Notes: a model not told the origin generated them from the sequence alone. DNA of 64,000 bases from the human T2T-CHM13v2.0 reference genome, Homo sapiens (GCF_009914755.1 NC_060926.1); one strand, 5' to 3'; numbered from the stretch's first letter, positions 1-13,027 are shown. Numbers and translations: made by a program.

Positions 1-2034
1 TCCTTCTGAATTCTCTTTAGTACCTATTTTTATTAGTTTCTCTTTTTTCGGTGGAAAAGAAATGGGGATTATGGTAGGAGGAGGGAGGTAGGGAGTTAAG
101 TAAAAAATGTGCATTTCAGAAGACATAGCAGCCTGCTTGGCTACCTGATCTGCTAGGTTATTTCCTCGACTTTCAAAAGAGAGACTTTTCTGGTGTCCAG
201 GAACATGGACAATGGCTATTTCTTCCTGCAACTGAAGATTATTCAATACTTGGGTGATCAGCTCCTTGTGAACAAGGTCTTGACCTTTACTATTAATGAG
301 ATCTCATTCAGTCCAAATTTTCCCAAACGTATGGGCCACCACAAAGGCATACCTTGAATCTGTATAGATGGTTCCTTCCTGGTTCTGTAAGTACTTTAAT
401 GCTTGCCTGAGTGCAAATAGCTCACACATTTGAGCAGACCAACTGTTGAGCATTTTTCCTGACTCTCTTTCTACAAGAGTTTCTCCATCAGTCACTGAAT
501 ACCCATTGTGTCTTTTTCCCTTAGTCACCCGGGAAGAACCATCTATGAATAAGTGCTGTCCAGTCCAGAAGGGAGTTTCTCCTAAGTCTGGTTGAACCTT
601 CGTATGGTAATCAATTAAATCTAAACATGTGTGTTCCCTCCTTAGATTTGGATTCTCTGTTAGGAAACCTGCTGGGTTGAGTGAATTATCAGTGGTCAAT
701 GTTAAATCATCCTTTTCTAACAAAATGGTCATCCTTTAAGATTCTCGAGTTAGTAAGCCATCTCCCTACTCTTTGGTTTAAGATAGTTCTAACTTGGTGA
801 GGCATGCTGTTGATTTTCCTCCAAAGATTAACTTTCCGCTTTCCTCGACTAGCATTGCCGTAGCCGCGATGGACTGGATGCATTGAGGCCATCCACAAGT
901 GACTGGGTCTAAGACCTTTGATAGGAAGGCTACAGGCTGCTGGCGATGTCTGTGTTCTTGAGTCAGCACTCCTAAAGCTACCCCACTGTCCACATTAACA
1001 AAAAGGTGGAATGGCTTTTCTAGGGAGGGTAAGGCTAAAACGGGAGCCGTTATGAGCCTTTCCTTCAGCTTCTCAACCTGATCAACTTCCTCAGAAGACC
1101 ACAGGAGATGGTTAGGCCTTTCCTGGGCAAGTTTTTGATATAACAGTTTACTGTGCAGTGCATATGAGTCAATCCGTAAGCGGCAGTATCCAACTAACCC
1201 TAAAAATTTCCTGAGGTCTTGTTTAGTTTGAGGCAAGGGTAGGGACAGGATTCCCTCAATTTGTTCAGGCCCTATTCTTCACTTGCCTGCACTTATTAAG
1301 TGGCCTAAATATTTAACTTTAGGCTCTACATACTGAAGCTTTCTTTCTGAGACTCATAGCCCCTCAAACTGCAGATGGTTAAGAATATGTGTAGAGAAGT
1401 CAGTTACCTTCTCTATATCTTTACCAGAGATAAGAATGTTGTCCACGTACTGAAGAAGGCATATTTTTTCTGGGATGACAACTTTTTCTAGTGCTGTTCT
1501 AAAATTTGGCCAAAAATATTAGGGGAGCCTGTGATCCCTTGGGGCAAGACTGTCCATCGATATTCTTGTTTCCACCCTGAGGAGGGATCCTCCCACTCAA
1601 AAGGAAATATATCTTGGCTATCTTCAGCCAGCAGACATGCCCAAAAAACATCCTTCAAATCTATTGCAGTGAACCATTGATGATTATATGGAATCTTGCT
1701 AAGAATGGTGTAAGGATTGGGGACAATGGGGTTGGTAGTCTGGACTATTTGGTTGATCACTCTAAGGTCCTGTACTAGCTGGTATGACCTGTCTGATTTC
1801 TTGACTGGCAGTATTGGGGTGTTATAAGGGGGTATACAGGGCTTGAGAAGCCTGTCCTTAAAAAGGCCTTTGATTATAGGTTTTAACCCTATCCTACCTT
1901 CTAGGGGAATAGGGTATTGCTTTCTTCTTACTACTTCTTCCGGGGTGTTTAGCTTGATGTGGAAAGGAGGGACTTGGAGCTTCCCTCAGTTTCCTTCTTT
2001 GGACAAGACATTAGGATTAATGTATTTTTCATCT
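1..2034 (-). pseudogene. pol: ERV pol: RT, tether and RNase H (broken)
   Basis: IDLKDVF, YRWTVLPQG, QYVDNI (YxDD mutated to YVDN), LRKFLGLVGYCR, and RNase H motifs LFIDGSS and IYTDSRYAF, spread over several frames. Confidence 0.93.
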
Positions 2035-2413
2035 GTAGTGTGACTAGGTTTAATGAGGTGAGGAATCCTCTTGGGCTGACTTGCAGACCTATGTCCAACT
2101 TTAACATTAAATCCCTCCCCAGTAAATTAGTTCCTGCTTCAGGGATTAACAAGAACTGAATACAAGCTGAGTGATCCTGGTATCTAACTTCTGTGCTTTC
2201 TAAAATTTTTGCTCTAAATCCTTCCCCTTTTACCCTGGAGCCTAAAAATTCCTCTGAGGAGGAGATAAGGTTAGACGGGGAAAAACAAACAGAGGAGCGA
2301 GCAGCCCCTGAATCGACTAAAATGGTGATAAGCTCATGTTTAGGTCCCACCTCCAAATTTATCAAGGGCTCCTGGTGGGACTCAAGATAAAAGAGACAGA
2401 GCCCCTGACCCCC
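2035..2413 (-). pseudogene. pro: ERV aspartic protease
   Basis: ORF 1949..2365 has the LVDSGA active site and NLLGRDLM motif. The boundary with RT is approximate. Confidence 0.9.
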
Positions 2414-4128
2414 CTATTCTTCCTTGAAAGTCATGAGTGGAGGGGCTTCTTTCTCCTTTTTTAGTTCAGGACATCCTCACTTGAAGTGGCCTGTTCTTCC
2501 ACATCTAAAGCACCTATCTTGTTCTTCCTCCTTCTGAGTTCTGAGATTCTTTACCCCTGCTCTCCTATACTCTTTAGGGGGCCTGGTAGATCAGTACCTT
2601 GGTCCTCCAGATGGAGGCTGGGGTCCTTTAAAAGAGGGTTCGGACCCTTTGTAGTTTCTGGCTCCCTGGAAGCTCTGTCTAGAAGTACGTGGGTTTGGAA
2701 CCATCTGTTGGAAGGTGGAAAACATAAGTTTTGTCTTTTGTTTCTGTTTTTCTTCATCCCTTTTCATGTATACTTCCTGAGCTTCCCTGAGAAGCTCACT
2801 TAGGGGATGATCTTCCAAATTTGTCTATCTTTTGTAACTTTTTTGAAACATCTGGCCAACTTTTAGCGACAAATTGGAGTTTCAACATTCCTTGCCCGAG
2901 GGGATCATCCAAATTGAGGCCTGCTTGTTGCCTCATTTGTTCCCTCAGCCTGTCTAGGAATCTCATAGGCCCTTCCTCTTTTTCCTGTTGTATATCAAAT
3001 GCTTTAGAAAGAGTTTGGGTTTGGGGTACTGATTCCCGAATTCCTTTTATTATTATCTCCCTTAGGTCCTGCATATTTTCCCGGTGACCTGTGTTGTTAT
3101 TGTCACACCGAGGATCTCAAGTGGGGGGGTATTTCTGGTCTGTGTCAGGAACATTTTCACCAGGAGGGTGCTCACATTCCCAAACTACCATAGCAGCCCT
3201 ATGAGTCGTACTCCTTTCTTCCCCTGAGAAGAGGATGCCCAAGATGGACATTAACTCGACCCAACTGTATAATTGAGATCCTAAGAATTGGTCAATTTGG
3301 TCTGCCACTCCATAAGGGTCATCTAGTAGCAGTTTAAGCTCCTTTTTAAAATTCTGGACTTCTGAACTGGTTAAGGAGCATTTACAAAGCCAATGCCACC
3401 CCCTCTCCTTGTGGCACCTCTTTCAAAGGGAAGAGGGTTGGGGCTGACCTCTTAGGTACAGAGGGAAATGGGAAATTCTGCATACTTTTTTTATATTATT
3501 CTGCCTCACACTGGAGTCCTTTTAGACAGGGGTCTTTAGGTTGGAGGGAACAGACTGATGGGACTGTAATTCCCAAGAGTCAGGGTTATAAGGAGGAGGG
3601 ATAACGTGAGTAGAGGGGGAATTTGGAATGGGATCTGAGGCGGCAGTGGCTGTCTGAGGGGAAAGATTGGGGACACTGAGTGGGGGAAGATAGTCTAGGG
3701 GATCCCATGCACTGGAGTCTTTAGGCATGACAGCTGGCTCCTCTGACTTTTCATTTTGAGGTGCCAGATTGGGTTTTTCCCTATTTGTTTTTAAGGGAAA
3801 AAGGAGGGCAGGTCCTTGCCTCCAACAAAGGGCATAGCCTAGTTCTTCTTGACACACTGGATATATATCATTGACATATCGGATCAGAAGCTGACACATT
3901 ACATCCTCATTCAACCCAAACTGTGGCCAGAAGATTGAGGATTTGAGGATGGGTCCCTGAGTCCAAATAAAACAGCAATATTTTATCATTTGTTGCTTTT
4001 TCCTATGTTTAGTCCTTTCATTATCTTTCCAGTGTTTTAACATGAGACCTCAGGGGCTATCTGGGGGAGATATCTTTGTTACCATCTTTATCCCCCTTGC
4101 TTCCTGTCTTGCTTGGGGTATTTCCCAT
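2414..4128 (-). pseudogene. gag: ERV gag (frameshifted)
   Basis: ATG at 4128 gives MGNTPSK (myristoylation-type MG). PPPY late domain in ORF 3522..4043. Capsid MHR-like IQQEKEEGPMRFLDRLRE in ORF 2796..3074. CCHC knuckle CFRCGRTGHFK*GC near 2472-2513 contains a stop. Terminal TAG at 2416-2414. Confidence 0.92.
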
Positions 4129-4656
4129 CTTGATGGTTTTGGGGTAAAGTTGAAGGTTCAATTTCCCTTACTGGAAATTTCTCACCTTTTGGGGTGAGGC
4201 TCAATTTCCCCCAGCGGAAATTTCTTGCCTTTTCTACTACTACAGGTTCATGTGAGGTTCAATCCCCCAACAGTGGGGATGTCTCACCTCTTTTTAACCT
4301 CTAAGCCATGCCGACCAAGGAGTACTTCACCACCGCCCCCCACCCAAAGCCCCCGTGACTTTCTTACCTTGGTCCCAACCACCAAGGAAATACTTTACCA
4401 GCTCCCACAGCTTCTCCTTCCTTGGTCTGTGCACAGAGTTGTCTCTGCAGTATGTGAGGATCCTTTAAGCTAGGTTGCTAGCCAGTTTTTTTTGTTTTTG
4501 TTTTTGTTATTTATTTATATTTTTTTGCATTGCTGAGAGCTCGGGTTATTCCTTGCACTGGATGGGTTTTGATTTTTCCCCCCTGAGGCTGCCACAAAGG
4601 ACAGGACATGCCTCCTCACAAGAGAGAAACAGAGACCATCCCCTGAGGGGAATGTA

Positions 4657-4674
4657 ATCATGGGCGAGCCCCCA
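4657..4674 (-). other. Primer-binding site, tRNA-Pro type
   Basis: Minus strand TGGGGGCTCGCCCATGAT, 15/18 match to the tRNA-Pro PBS TGGGGGCTCGTCCGGGAT, directly 3' of the LTR. Confidence 0.85.
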
Positions 4675-4677
4675 AAT

Positions 4678-5231
4678 TGTTTTCTATAAAGTTTCGGTGC
4701 CGCTAAAGAAATAGCACTCAAATATAAAATTTTCTTTTGAATTCTCAGCAAGGCAAGGTACGTCTATAGAAGGGTGTGGCCTTACAGATGGAGCAATGGT
4801 GAGTGCACACCTGGACAAGGGAGGGAAAGAGATTCTTATTCCTGATGCACATGGTCCTTACAGCTGTGTCATTCCCCTATTGGCTAGGATTAGACCGCAC
4901 AGGCTAAACTAATTCCGACTGACTAATTTAAAGAGAGTGAGTGGTTTGGCAGGAAAAATGGTTATGAAATGAGTCAGGGCAGCGACTGAGTCAGGGTGGA
5001 GTAGGTAATTGGAATGAGTCAAGGTGGAGAATGAGTCAGGGTGCAGTAGGTAATCGGAATGAGTCAGGGTGGAGTAGGTAACAGGAATGAGTCAAGGTGG
5101 AGAATGAGTCAGGATGAAGCAGGTAATTGGAAAATGTTGTTTTATGAGGAAATTAAGTTTAAAAGTTGAAGGCAAAGAATTGAACATACTGACATATTCT
5201 TTGAAGAGAAATTTCGAATTCATATTTAACA
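4678..5231 (-). mobile_element. 5' LTR, LTR10 family (LTR10F/A-like)
   Basis: Minus strand starts TGTTAAATATGAATTCGAAATTTCTCTTCAAAGAAT and ends ...AAAACA, 3 nt before the PBS. It contains the TGACTCA tandem array typical of LTR10. Confidence 0.88.
4970..5111. promoter_or_regulatory. Tandem array with 7 AP-1 sites (TGAGTCA) in LTR U3
   Basis: TGAGTCA at 4970, 4987, 5015, 5032, 5060, 5088 and 5105, in mixed 17-bp and 28-bp units. Confidence 0.9.
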
Positions 5232-5425
5232 TTATCTTTGTTTCAAAGTTAAACTATAAGTTTCTCTCAAAGTTAGTTTGGCATATGCCCAAGAATGAAC
5301 AAGGACATCCTAGAAGTTAGAACAAGGACATCCTACTGGTCAGAAGCAAGATGGAGTTGGTAAGATCAGATCCCTTTCACTGTAATAATTTTCTCACTGT
5401 TATAATTTTTGAAAAGGTGGTTGTA
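5232..5425 (-). mobile_element. LTR8-like LTR, 5' portion, interrupted by the HERV-I provirus
   Basis: Minus strand ...AAAAATTATAACAGTGAGAAAATTATTACAGTGAAAGGGATCTGATCTTACCAACTCCATCTTGCTTCTG resembles the LTR8 5' end. It stops at the LTR10 boundary. Confidence 0.75.
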
Positions 5426-5925
5426 AGTAGACAAAAAAAAAACAGTTTATCTTAGGTGTAACGAAGAAAACAAGATTTGGATTATTATGTTAAAAAGCAC
5501 AGCAGCTGGTCAAAGATGATTTTATTAAATGTGTTAATTCATAGTTCCATCCTCTAAATAATACAATGAAATAACATAGTTCACATGTATCTTTAATCTA
5601 CAAAATCTACAAATCCTTAAGAGGATTTTGGGATTGTTGCAAGTTTTAGATACCATATTGTGTTGATCATATACTGACAGTTATCAAATCTCAGTGTTAA
5701 AATCAGGGAACTTAGAAGATAGGGCAGTGTTTTGACTGTGCTGACAGTCCCTTTATGAGACAATAAATACATTTATTTGTGTATTTCATTCAACACATAT
5801 TAAGCATGCTTTGTTTCATATACTTTATAAGAAATAAAGGAGTTTTAATGATAAATATTACACAATTTTTATGTTTAAACTCAGAGTTTATTTGAAGAAG
5901 AAAAACACAGTTTGTACATTATCAA

Positions 5926-6562
5926 CATTAGAGTAAGCAGATAGTTAGACATGAGCAGGAAAGGGATGCCCTGGTGGAGAAAGCTCTGAAAAAATCTCAC
6001 ATCAGAGGGACTACCTAAAACATGCATGCTAAATATGAGCAGAGGGAGGGGGAGATACCTATGCAGAAGGGAATGCTCTGAAATGCCCTGAAAGATGCCC
6101 CAAAATCACTCATTCTGCAGTTAACCTGTCTGAATGTAGCTACATATTAACAAGAAAGGAAGAATGGCAAAGTGGAAATTCCTAAGAGGTATGCAGATGT
6201 AACTGCTATATGACCTTCCAGGGGTGGTGGTCATGAGCAGTGCTGCCATTGGGTAGAATTCATATTGATCACCAGGCCCCATGCACATGCATCAACTGAC
6301 ATTAAGCTGTCTTAAGACAGAGAAACTAGACAAAGACAAAGCAGAGACTTACAGCAGAGGTGGGAACTTAAATAAGCAGCCTGACATTATAAAAACCACA
6401 GTGCAGAACTCTTCTTATAGTTCCCAGCCAGGTTAGCCTGCTCCTCTCTTGGAGCATACTCTTATTTCCTTAATAAACCTTTTGCTTACTTTACTAATTG
6501 GTCTCTTGGCCAAATTCTTCTAAGAAGACTAAGAACTGAGGGCCCCACACTTCCCAGTAACA
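5926..6562 (+). mobile_element. Solo ERV LTR (LTR18-like, family uncertain)
   Basis: About 640 bp. TATAAAA near 6388, AATAAA at 6472, ends GTAACA. The 5' sequence AGATAGTTAGACATGAGCAGG is LTR-like. Confidence 0.65.
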
Positions 6563-6580
6563 TAAATATAATAAAATAAG

Positions 6581-6627
<47 letters not shown>
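6581..6627. repeat. (ATCT)11 tetranucleotide STR
   Basis: Perfect ATCT array read directly. Confidence 0.98.
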
Positions 6628-6691
6628 ATATGATGGGATCCTAGCTGTGGCTATGTGGGGATGTTATGGGGAGTGTTTGGCCCTGAAATAC

Positions 6692-7204
6692 TATTTAGGG
6701 GAGAAAAAGCTTTCTCTTTACCCTTTTAAATTTAGTAAGTGTAGACATTAAGCATTAAAATTACAAAAGACAGATTCACAAGAGAAAAAAAAAGATGTGA
6801 TTATGTTTCTATGGAAGTTCATGAAGAAATGTGGTTCAAAGTGATTAGAATTGGGGGCTCATATCTTAATAAGGGATGGAAAGGGCCAAGGGGCACTGCT
6901 GGAAAAACACATGACTTGGAAGAGAGAAGAAAGGAATGGAATAACAAATGACATTTTGTAAAAGTAAATGGGACCTTAGGAGAATAGATGAGGGATATGA
7001 TAGTTTTGTGACAGTGTCTCTTTGAGAGTGGTGCTGAATGAATTCTTATCTCGAGAAGATTATAGTTGCTCCATGGGAAGAGATTTATGACAGTTACTTT
7101 CTTTTGGAAGATTCATTTTTAGGCAGATAGGAATTTTCAGAAACTCAAATGCCTTCAGCTCAAATAATTTTTATGCCACAGTGGCTTATTCTGGGCCCCC
7201 TTTA
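6692..7204 (-). mobile_element. MER34-group ERV1 solo LTR
   Basis: Right end GCCTTCAGCTCAAATAATTTTTATGCCACAGTGGCTTATTCTGG resembles the reverse complement of the MER34-type 5' end. Confidence 0.6.
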
Positions 7205-7329
7205 CTATCTTTAAGAATAGAGACTTTTAAATTGAATTTGGAAGTAGAGGGGAAGATTATACATGGGTAGTACATGCTTGGGGCTGTTTAATTTTACTGA
7301 CCAGGGGAAAAAACAAGCATGCAGTAGAT

Positions 7330-7782
7330 TGTTAAAGAAATTCAGAGAAGTATTTTAGTTAGACAGTACAAACAGATTTTATTGATGGACTATTGCAATA
7401 TGCTAGAAGAGTCTTCAGTATAGGACTGGGCTCAATTCTAAATACTGTCAGAACAAACAAGGATTTACAGCCAGCTATCAGAGTGGAGGTCAGCAGATGA
7501 ACAATCACCAAGAGCAACAATGGAAGTAAGGGGGGATTCTGGCTGAAGACAGTCCAGAGTGATTAGATATTAAGGGTGGGAGCTGAGGAATTTGATTAGA
7601 TATCGAGGGGGATGAGATATCCAGAATGGGGGATTCCCTTCTCCCTAAACTGACTAAGCGAGATTCTTGCCTTCAAACAAAAAACAACAAGAAAGAAACA
7701 AGGAAGCCCATAATGCGGGGCCTGGTAGAAAAGAGAGCTCACAGGAGCCTGGCTAAACTTGAGGCAGGAGAGAGTCTCAGTA
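7330..7782 (-). mobile_element. MER31/MER67-like ERV1 solo LTR
   Basis: Repeated GATTAGATAT...GGG and right end GGAGCCTGGCTAAACTT...GGAGAGAGTCT resemble the MER31 group. Confidence 0.6.
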
Positions 7783-10700
7783 TGAAACCAGGGAGTGGGA
7801 AGAAATGGTGATAGTGATAGAAGCAAACGGCAAGTAGGATGATCTGGAATTCTTCATTTGTAAGGAAATTAACTGCCTCTGATTTTGTTTAAAAATTTTT
7901 AGGTTTAGCTTGAGTCTCACCCACTATCTATATAAGTAGTGACATTTACTGGCAGAGATGTTATACCTTTAGATGGCAAATAATTAAAATTCAAACAATT
8001 GTTTGGAAGACAGTTTCCAATCAAGCAGGACTAATTACTCTAATGAGGTCAGGGCCTTAGTGGAGAACAATATTGATCATTAAGGGAAAGCTTTGCTGTG
8101 GTTGATCTTGAATGGACTAAATTGCTCAGTGAGAAAATTTTCTATTTAAAAGAAGTTGTCAGAGTTCTTCAAGTTCTTTCCTAACTAAGCTTTTGAATTT
8201 GAACTATAATTTCAAAAAAAAAAAATGTGTGTGTGTTTGGGGATGAAGAGGGTAATAAAATTCTGTAGCCAGCAAAGAACTGTGAATGGAATAAAAGGAT
8301 AATTTTAAAACCTTAATGAAAACAGAAAATAACAGCAATTTAGGGAGCTCATTGACATCATTTTACTGTTTGTAATTGGTAGGCAATTAGCATGCAATTG
8401 TCCCATGTCAGTTAGTTTTCAGAAAGTTTTCTCTTTTGCTATACATAGACAAATTCTTCATTTTTTTTTTCCCATCCAGACTCTGTTGGCCTTCTCTCAC
8501 AGGTCTTATTGTTTTCACACTCTTTAATCATATATCCCTTAGTAACTGTGTGCCTTTTCCATAATGTTGTTGCCAAACACTTAAATTCACATGTCTAAAG
8601 ATACAACCTCTTTGTGCCTTTTTTGGGGAAACATAACTTGAGTTTTGTCAGTGGAGTAATACTTGCCAAATTGTTTGATTTTTAAGGGTAATGCAACATT
8701 TTTTTTTTTGCACCAGAGTACTTTTCACATGAATGCTTGAAATCCTCTCATTAAAGAGTAATTACTGGCATTTAGTGTAAATTTCTCCAGCAATATAAAT
8801 GTCTTTTTTTGTGAGATACATTAAATAAAATCTGTACTTAGAATGGATTTTCTAGTTGTTTTCCTATAAATATATTTTCAAAAATTTCCTCTTCTATAAT
8901 ACATCTGTTCTGAATATAACAAAAATATGCACTTAACCCAAGACAAAACATACAGGGGGATATTTAGCTACCACATCCAGCACCAAATCCTGGATCTATA
9001 ATCCAGATTTATTCTATCTGATTTTGATATCAATGGATCAATGATCATTGAAATCACAACACAATTCTAAGTAATAATGGAGGGAAAAGAGGATAACTTA
9101 AATAAGTCTTCCCTATTGCCATGTTTATATCGTATAGTACAGATAGCTCATCTTTCTCTTTAGTGATGTTACTATTGACAAGCTTGGGTTTTATTGGTCA
9201 ACCCAACACTGAAAGCACTGTAACTGCCTTATGTGTCAATTCTAGTGTACTCCATTGGATCATAGCCAGAAATCCTATTGGGTAATGGTCCTTAAACATA
9301 TATCCTACTTTGTGTTTGCAATTTTGGTCTTTTGTAAATGATAGGTGCTTAGATCTCAACCAAATGTCTCTGTGTTTGTAGTTTGCTCAGACATACAGTG
9401 AAGGAAGTATTTGGCTAGAGCAGCAAGGCTTTGGCAAGTCCTGTCTGCTGTTCTGCTGCCCCGCCCCCAAGGAAAGGCACTTTCAGTTGAATCACTACCT
9501 TTTTACATAATTTGGTGCTCAGCAGGAGATATTTGGGAGGACCCAAGGACATCAGGTTCCCGTTTTTTATCTTTGTCCTCAATGTCCATATCTTATCAAA
9601 ACTCTGGTCCTCCCTGTTGCTCCCAAATGTGTTCACTTAGAATCTTTCTGTTTTCTATTGGATGTTTCGAAAGGATGTGAGAAGCAGCCTACACACTCCA
9701 AATTTCTGGCTATTAAAACTCAAGCATCTCTAACAAGGTCTTTGAAAGCTCAGGGGTTGGTAGTTCAAACATGATTCAATAACAAGCATCATTATTATCA
9801 TTCATTTCCTTAGGAATAAAGAAATTTTCATTTCCTGCCATCCCATCTTAACACAGTTAATATTCTTCATCACTGGTAGCATTGTATTAGAGTGCAAGCT
9901 GCATCTGAAAGATATCTCCTCCAAGGAAACTAAGTGGAAAAGAGTTGAAAATGCATTAACTCATTTACCTGAGGAGAAAAGGGGTTGAGTTGGCCTCTGA
10001 AACATCACAAATACAAAACACATAATTTAAATTTTTTTTATTCTGTTATTCATTTGCTCTCCAAGATCCTCTTGACTTTTGCCCTTATTTTTTCCTGGTT
10101 TTATAAAGGGAAACTTGGCTACCAAAAGAAATAAAGGGTTATGTTACCTGAGTTTTATAAACCAGGAGAAAAGGGAGACTTTCAGGGAGTCAGTGGATAA
10201 TGAAACCATCCCTTGATCAATCGCTGTGAAAGCAGAAACAAGGGGGAAGGGTATAATGATTAGCAATTATTAGGTTGCATTCCTATTTCTAAAGACAAGG
10301 CACTCAAATGATAGCCTCCTGAGACCTACATGGAAATGAGGAAAGTGAATCCCCCAAAGGAATAAGTGTTTTGCTTTGAGAAGAGATTGGTATGCTTAGC
10401 AGAAAAGTACAATAAAATAGAACAGATGTCCACACTGTATAGGTTTTCTCTATTTCCCTTGAGATACATACATTTAATTTCAGATTCTTGAAGCAAAATA
10501 TTCACTTTCAGAAATAGTTGCCTTCCCTCTTGTTAACTGTAACATAAACATATCTCTGGGGGTGCAGGTTTTATATTTTGATACTTTTGCCAGGGAAAAA
10601 ATTAAAAAAAAAAGGAGCAGTTGGTTGGAACCACTCATGCTCCAAAATATTTTTCTTGCCATCCTGAGATTCCACCATCTGTAACTCCATTGTATAGGCC

Positions 10701-11588
10701 ATTAAAATCTTCTACAAAAAACCCCATAGAATTGGGATTTTGTGACTGAGAAGAACTGGACGACCATTAAGTAAGTCTGTCTTCCAAGCCATTCAAGAAA
10801 TACTGCTTTTTAAATCATTAACCACTGTTTACAGCTGACCTTCAATGATGAAGAATCTACTGTCCTAAGACAACCCATTCTGATGTTGGACATTTCTGAT
10901 TATTGGAGAGCAATCTGAATACACGATGAGAAGAGTCAAATAATAAATACTTTTTAAATGATACAAAGTATTTTTTCTAATATTGGGATGAAGGCTACCA
11001 TTCTGCAATCTTTTCATTTAGGTTGGAGTCAAAGCAAGTATAATTTCCCTTTCTGAGACAGCCCTTCACATATATTAAGAGACAGCTGCATGCTTCTTAT
11101 TCATCGCTTTTCCTTCAAGGCAAATATTGCTAACTCCCTCAGCTTTTTCTCATTTAAATAAGTCTAACTCATACCTGTTCAAAAATACTTTCAATTTTTG
11201 AGAACTTCTGAGACTTAAGAGGAAAAAAGCGCGAATATCTTTTTTGGTAAACAACAGAGTTTATGGCAGTGGCAGAATTTTGAATTTTCTTGAAAGAGTG
11301 AAAGAAAGTGATAGAAACTAGGGAAGACATAAATAGGGGTAGAAGAAGGGAAATTGCTGTTTAAATTACTTACTGCATTTTGTTTGTTCTTGGTCCTCTT
11401 GGATAAGACAATTCTGGTACAAAGGTCTCTTCATCACAAATCCTATTCAAAACTATAGTTAAAACTTTCATTACTTAAGATCAGACTAAGGCTTAATTTT
11501 GCTTAATTCTCACAACAACCCTAAAAGTCAGGTATAATTTTCTCTGTTTTGTTGATGAAGAAACTCTGTGCTTAAATAGATATAACAC

Positions 11589-11884
11589 AGCTGGGCATGG
11601 TGGCGCACGCCTGTAATCCCAGCAATTTGGGAGGCTGAGGCTGGTGGATCAAGAGTTCAGGAGTTTGAGACCAGCCTGGCCAACATGGTGAAACCCTGTC
11701 TCTACTAAAAATACAAAAATTAGCTGGGTTTGGTGGCACACACCTGGAATCCCAGCTACTCAGGAGGCTGAGGGAGGAGAATAGCTTGAACCTGGGAGGC
11801 AGAAGTTGCAGTGAGCCAAGATCTTGCCACCGTACTCTAGCCTGGGACAGAGCAAGGCTCCATCTAAAAATATAAAAAAAAAAG
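11589..11884 (+). mobile_element. AluS (Sg-like), inserted in a MIR remnant
   Basis: Dimeric Alu with TACTAAAAATACAAAAA linker and A tail. Confidence 0.95.
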
Positions 11885-12039
11885 TAAATGCATTTTCCAG
11901 GGGTCAAAGTTCAAACACAATTACTTCTAATTGTGAAGCCTATGCTCTTTCCGCCTGTTCTTGGGGCATACAAGCCTGTCACAGAATGGTGTGGTGCTAA
12001 TTATCCCAGTTGTGAAGATACCCATTGATCCTGATGGAA

Positions 12040-12350
12040 GCTACAAAAGAAACCTCAATATTATGCTAAGTGAAAGAGTTTGGACATGAAATACCATGTA
12101 TTTTATTATTCCACATACATGGAATTAACAGAAAAGACAAGTCTATAAAAGTAGTTGCCTAAGTTTGGGTAGGGAACTAGGAATCGGCTACAAATGAACA
12201 TAAGAAATGTTCTTGGGGTGGTGAAAATATCTTTTAAGTAAATTGTGATATCTGTACAATTTTTTAAATTTACTATAAATTTTTGAATTGTAAATTTGAA
12301 AAGGAGAAATTTTATGTTATGTAAAGTATGCCTCAATGAAGCTGTTAACT
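12040..12350 (+). mobile_element. Old L1M (MC/ME) 3' end fragment
   Basis: ATTATGCTAAGTGAAAG...GTAGTTGCC...GTAAAGTATGCCTCAATGAAGCTG, L1M 3' UTR-like. Confidence 0.65.
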
Positions 12351-13027
12351 GAAAGGCAGGACTATTGCAAATAAAAATAAGAAAAGTACTGAAAGAAGCA
12401 AATTGTAGAGTTTGTACCTTAATAGTACTGTTCTTTGTATACTGAGATGTTATAGATTATGTCATGCCATTGTTTTGTGTATATCAAGAAAAACATTCTG
12501 CAAATTAATTTATGACAATATTTTCTTACCATGTTATTTACATTCATTTAAAAATTCTTCTAATTTATACCTTGTCTATACCATATCACAATATGCACAA
12601 CTATGAAAAAGTTCACGTGTACTGATAACTAAATCATCACCACTGTGTAGCTCTACAGATTGAAAGGTGCCTATTGATTTTAAAAACGTTAAAACGTGAA
12701 AAACACCTACATCTTAGAATCTGTGATGAACCACAGAGTGAAAAGAAAACCAAAGGCCCAGAGTAACCAATATCTGGGACATCCGCAAAAGCCGCCTGGG
12801 TTAAGATGGGGAAACGTGATGGTTTACTTGGGAAAAACTTGGTGACTAATGGTCTTGGGTGCAACCAGCTACAGGGGGACAGGTACAGAAACTGCTTGAG
12901 GCTGAGCCAACACTTAATATCACTTGTCCTTCATCTTTCAAGGATTCATCATATGCCATCTCCATGAAGGATCTATATCCACTGGGTATCCTTTCCATCA
13001 ATATCTGTTAATACAGATCTTAATAAT

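Larger units (their letters stand above)
1..5231 (-). mobile_element. Endogenous gammaretrovirus-like provirus, HERV-I/HERVIP10(F) family, 5' half (continues beyond window start)
   Basis: On the minus strand the order is LTR, PBS, leader, gag, pro, RT, RNase H, with recognisable motifs. Many frameshifts and stops. Confidence 0.93.

Noticed and set aside
4970-5130. Repeat-spacer appearance resembling a CRISPR array
   Set aside because: The intervening sequences are themselves repeated, the context is a primate LTR, and there are no cas genes.
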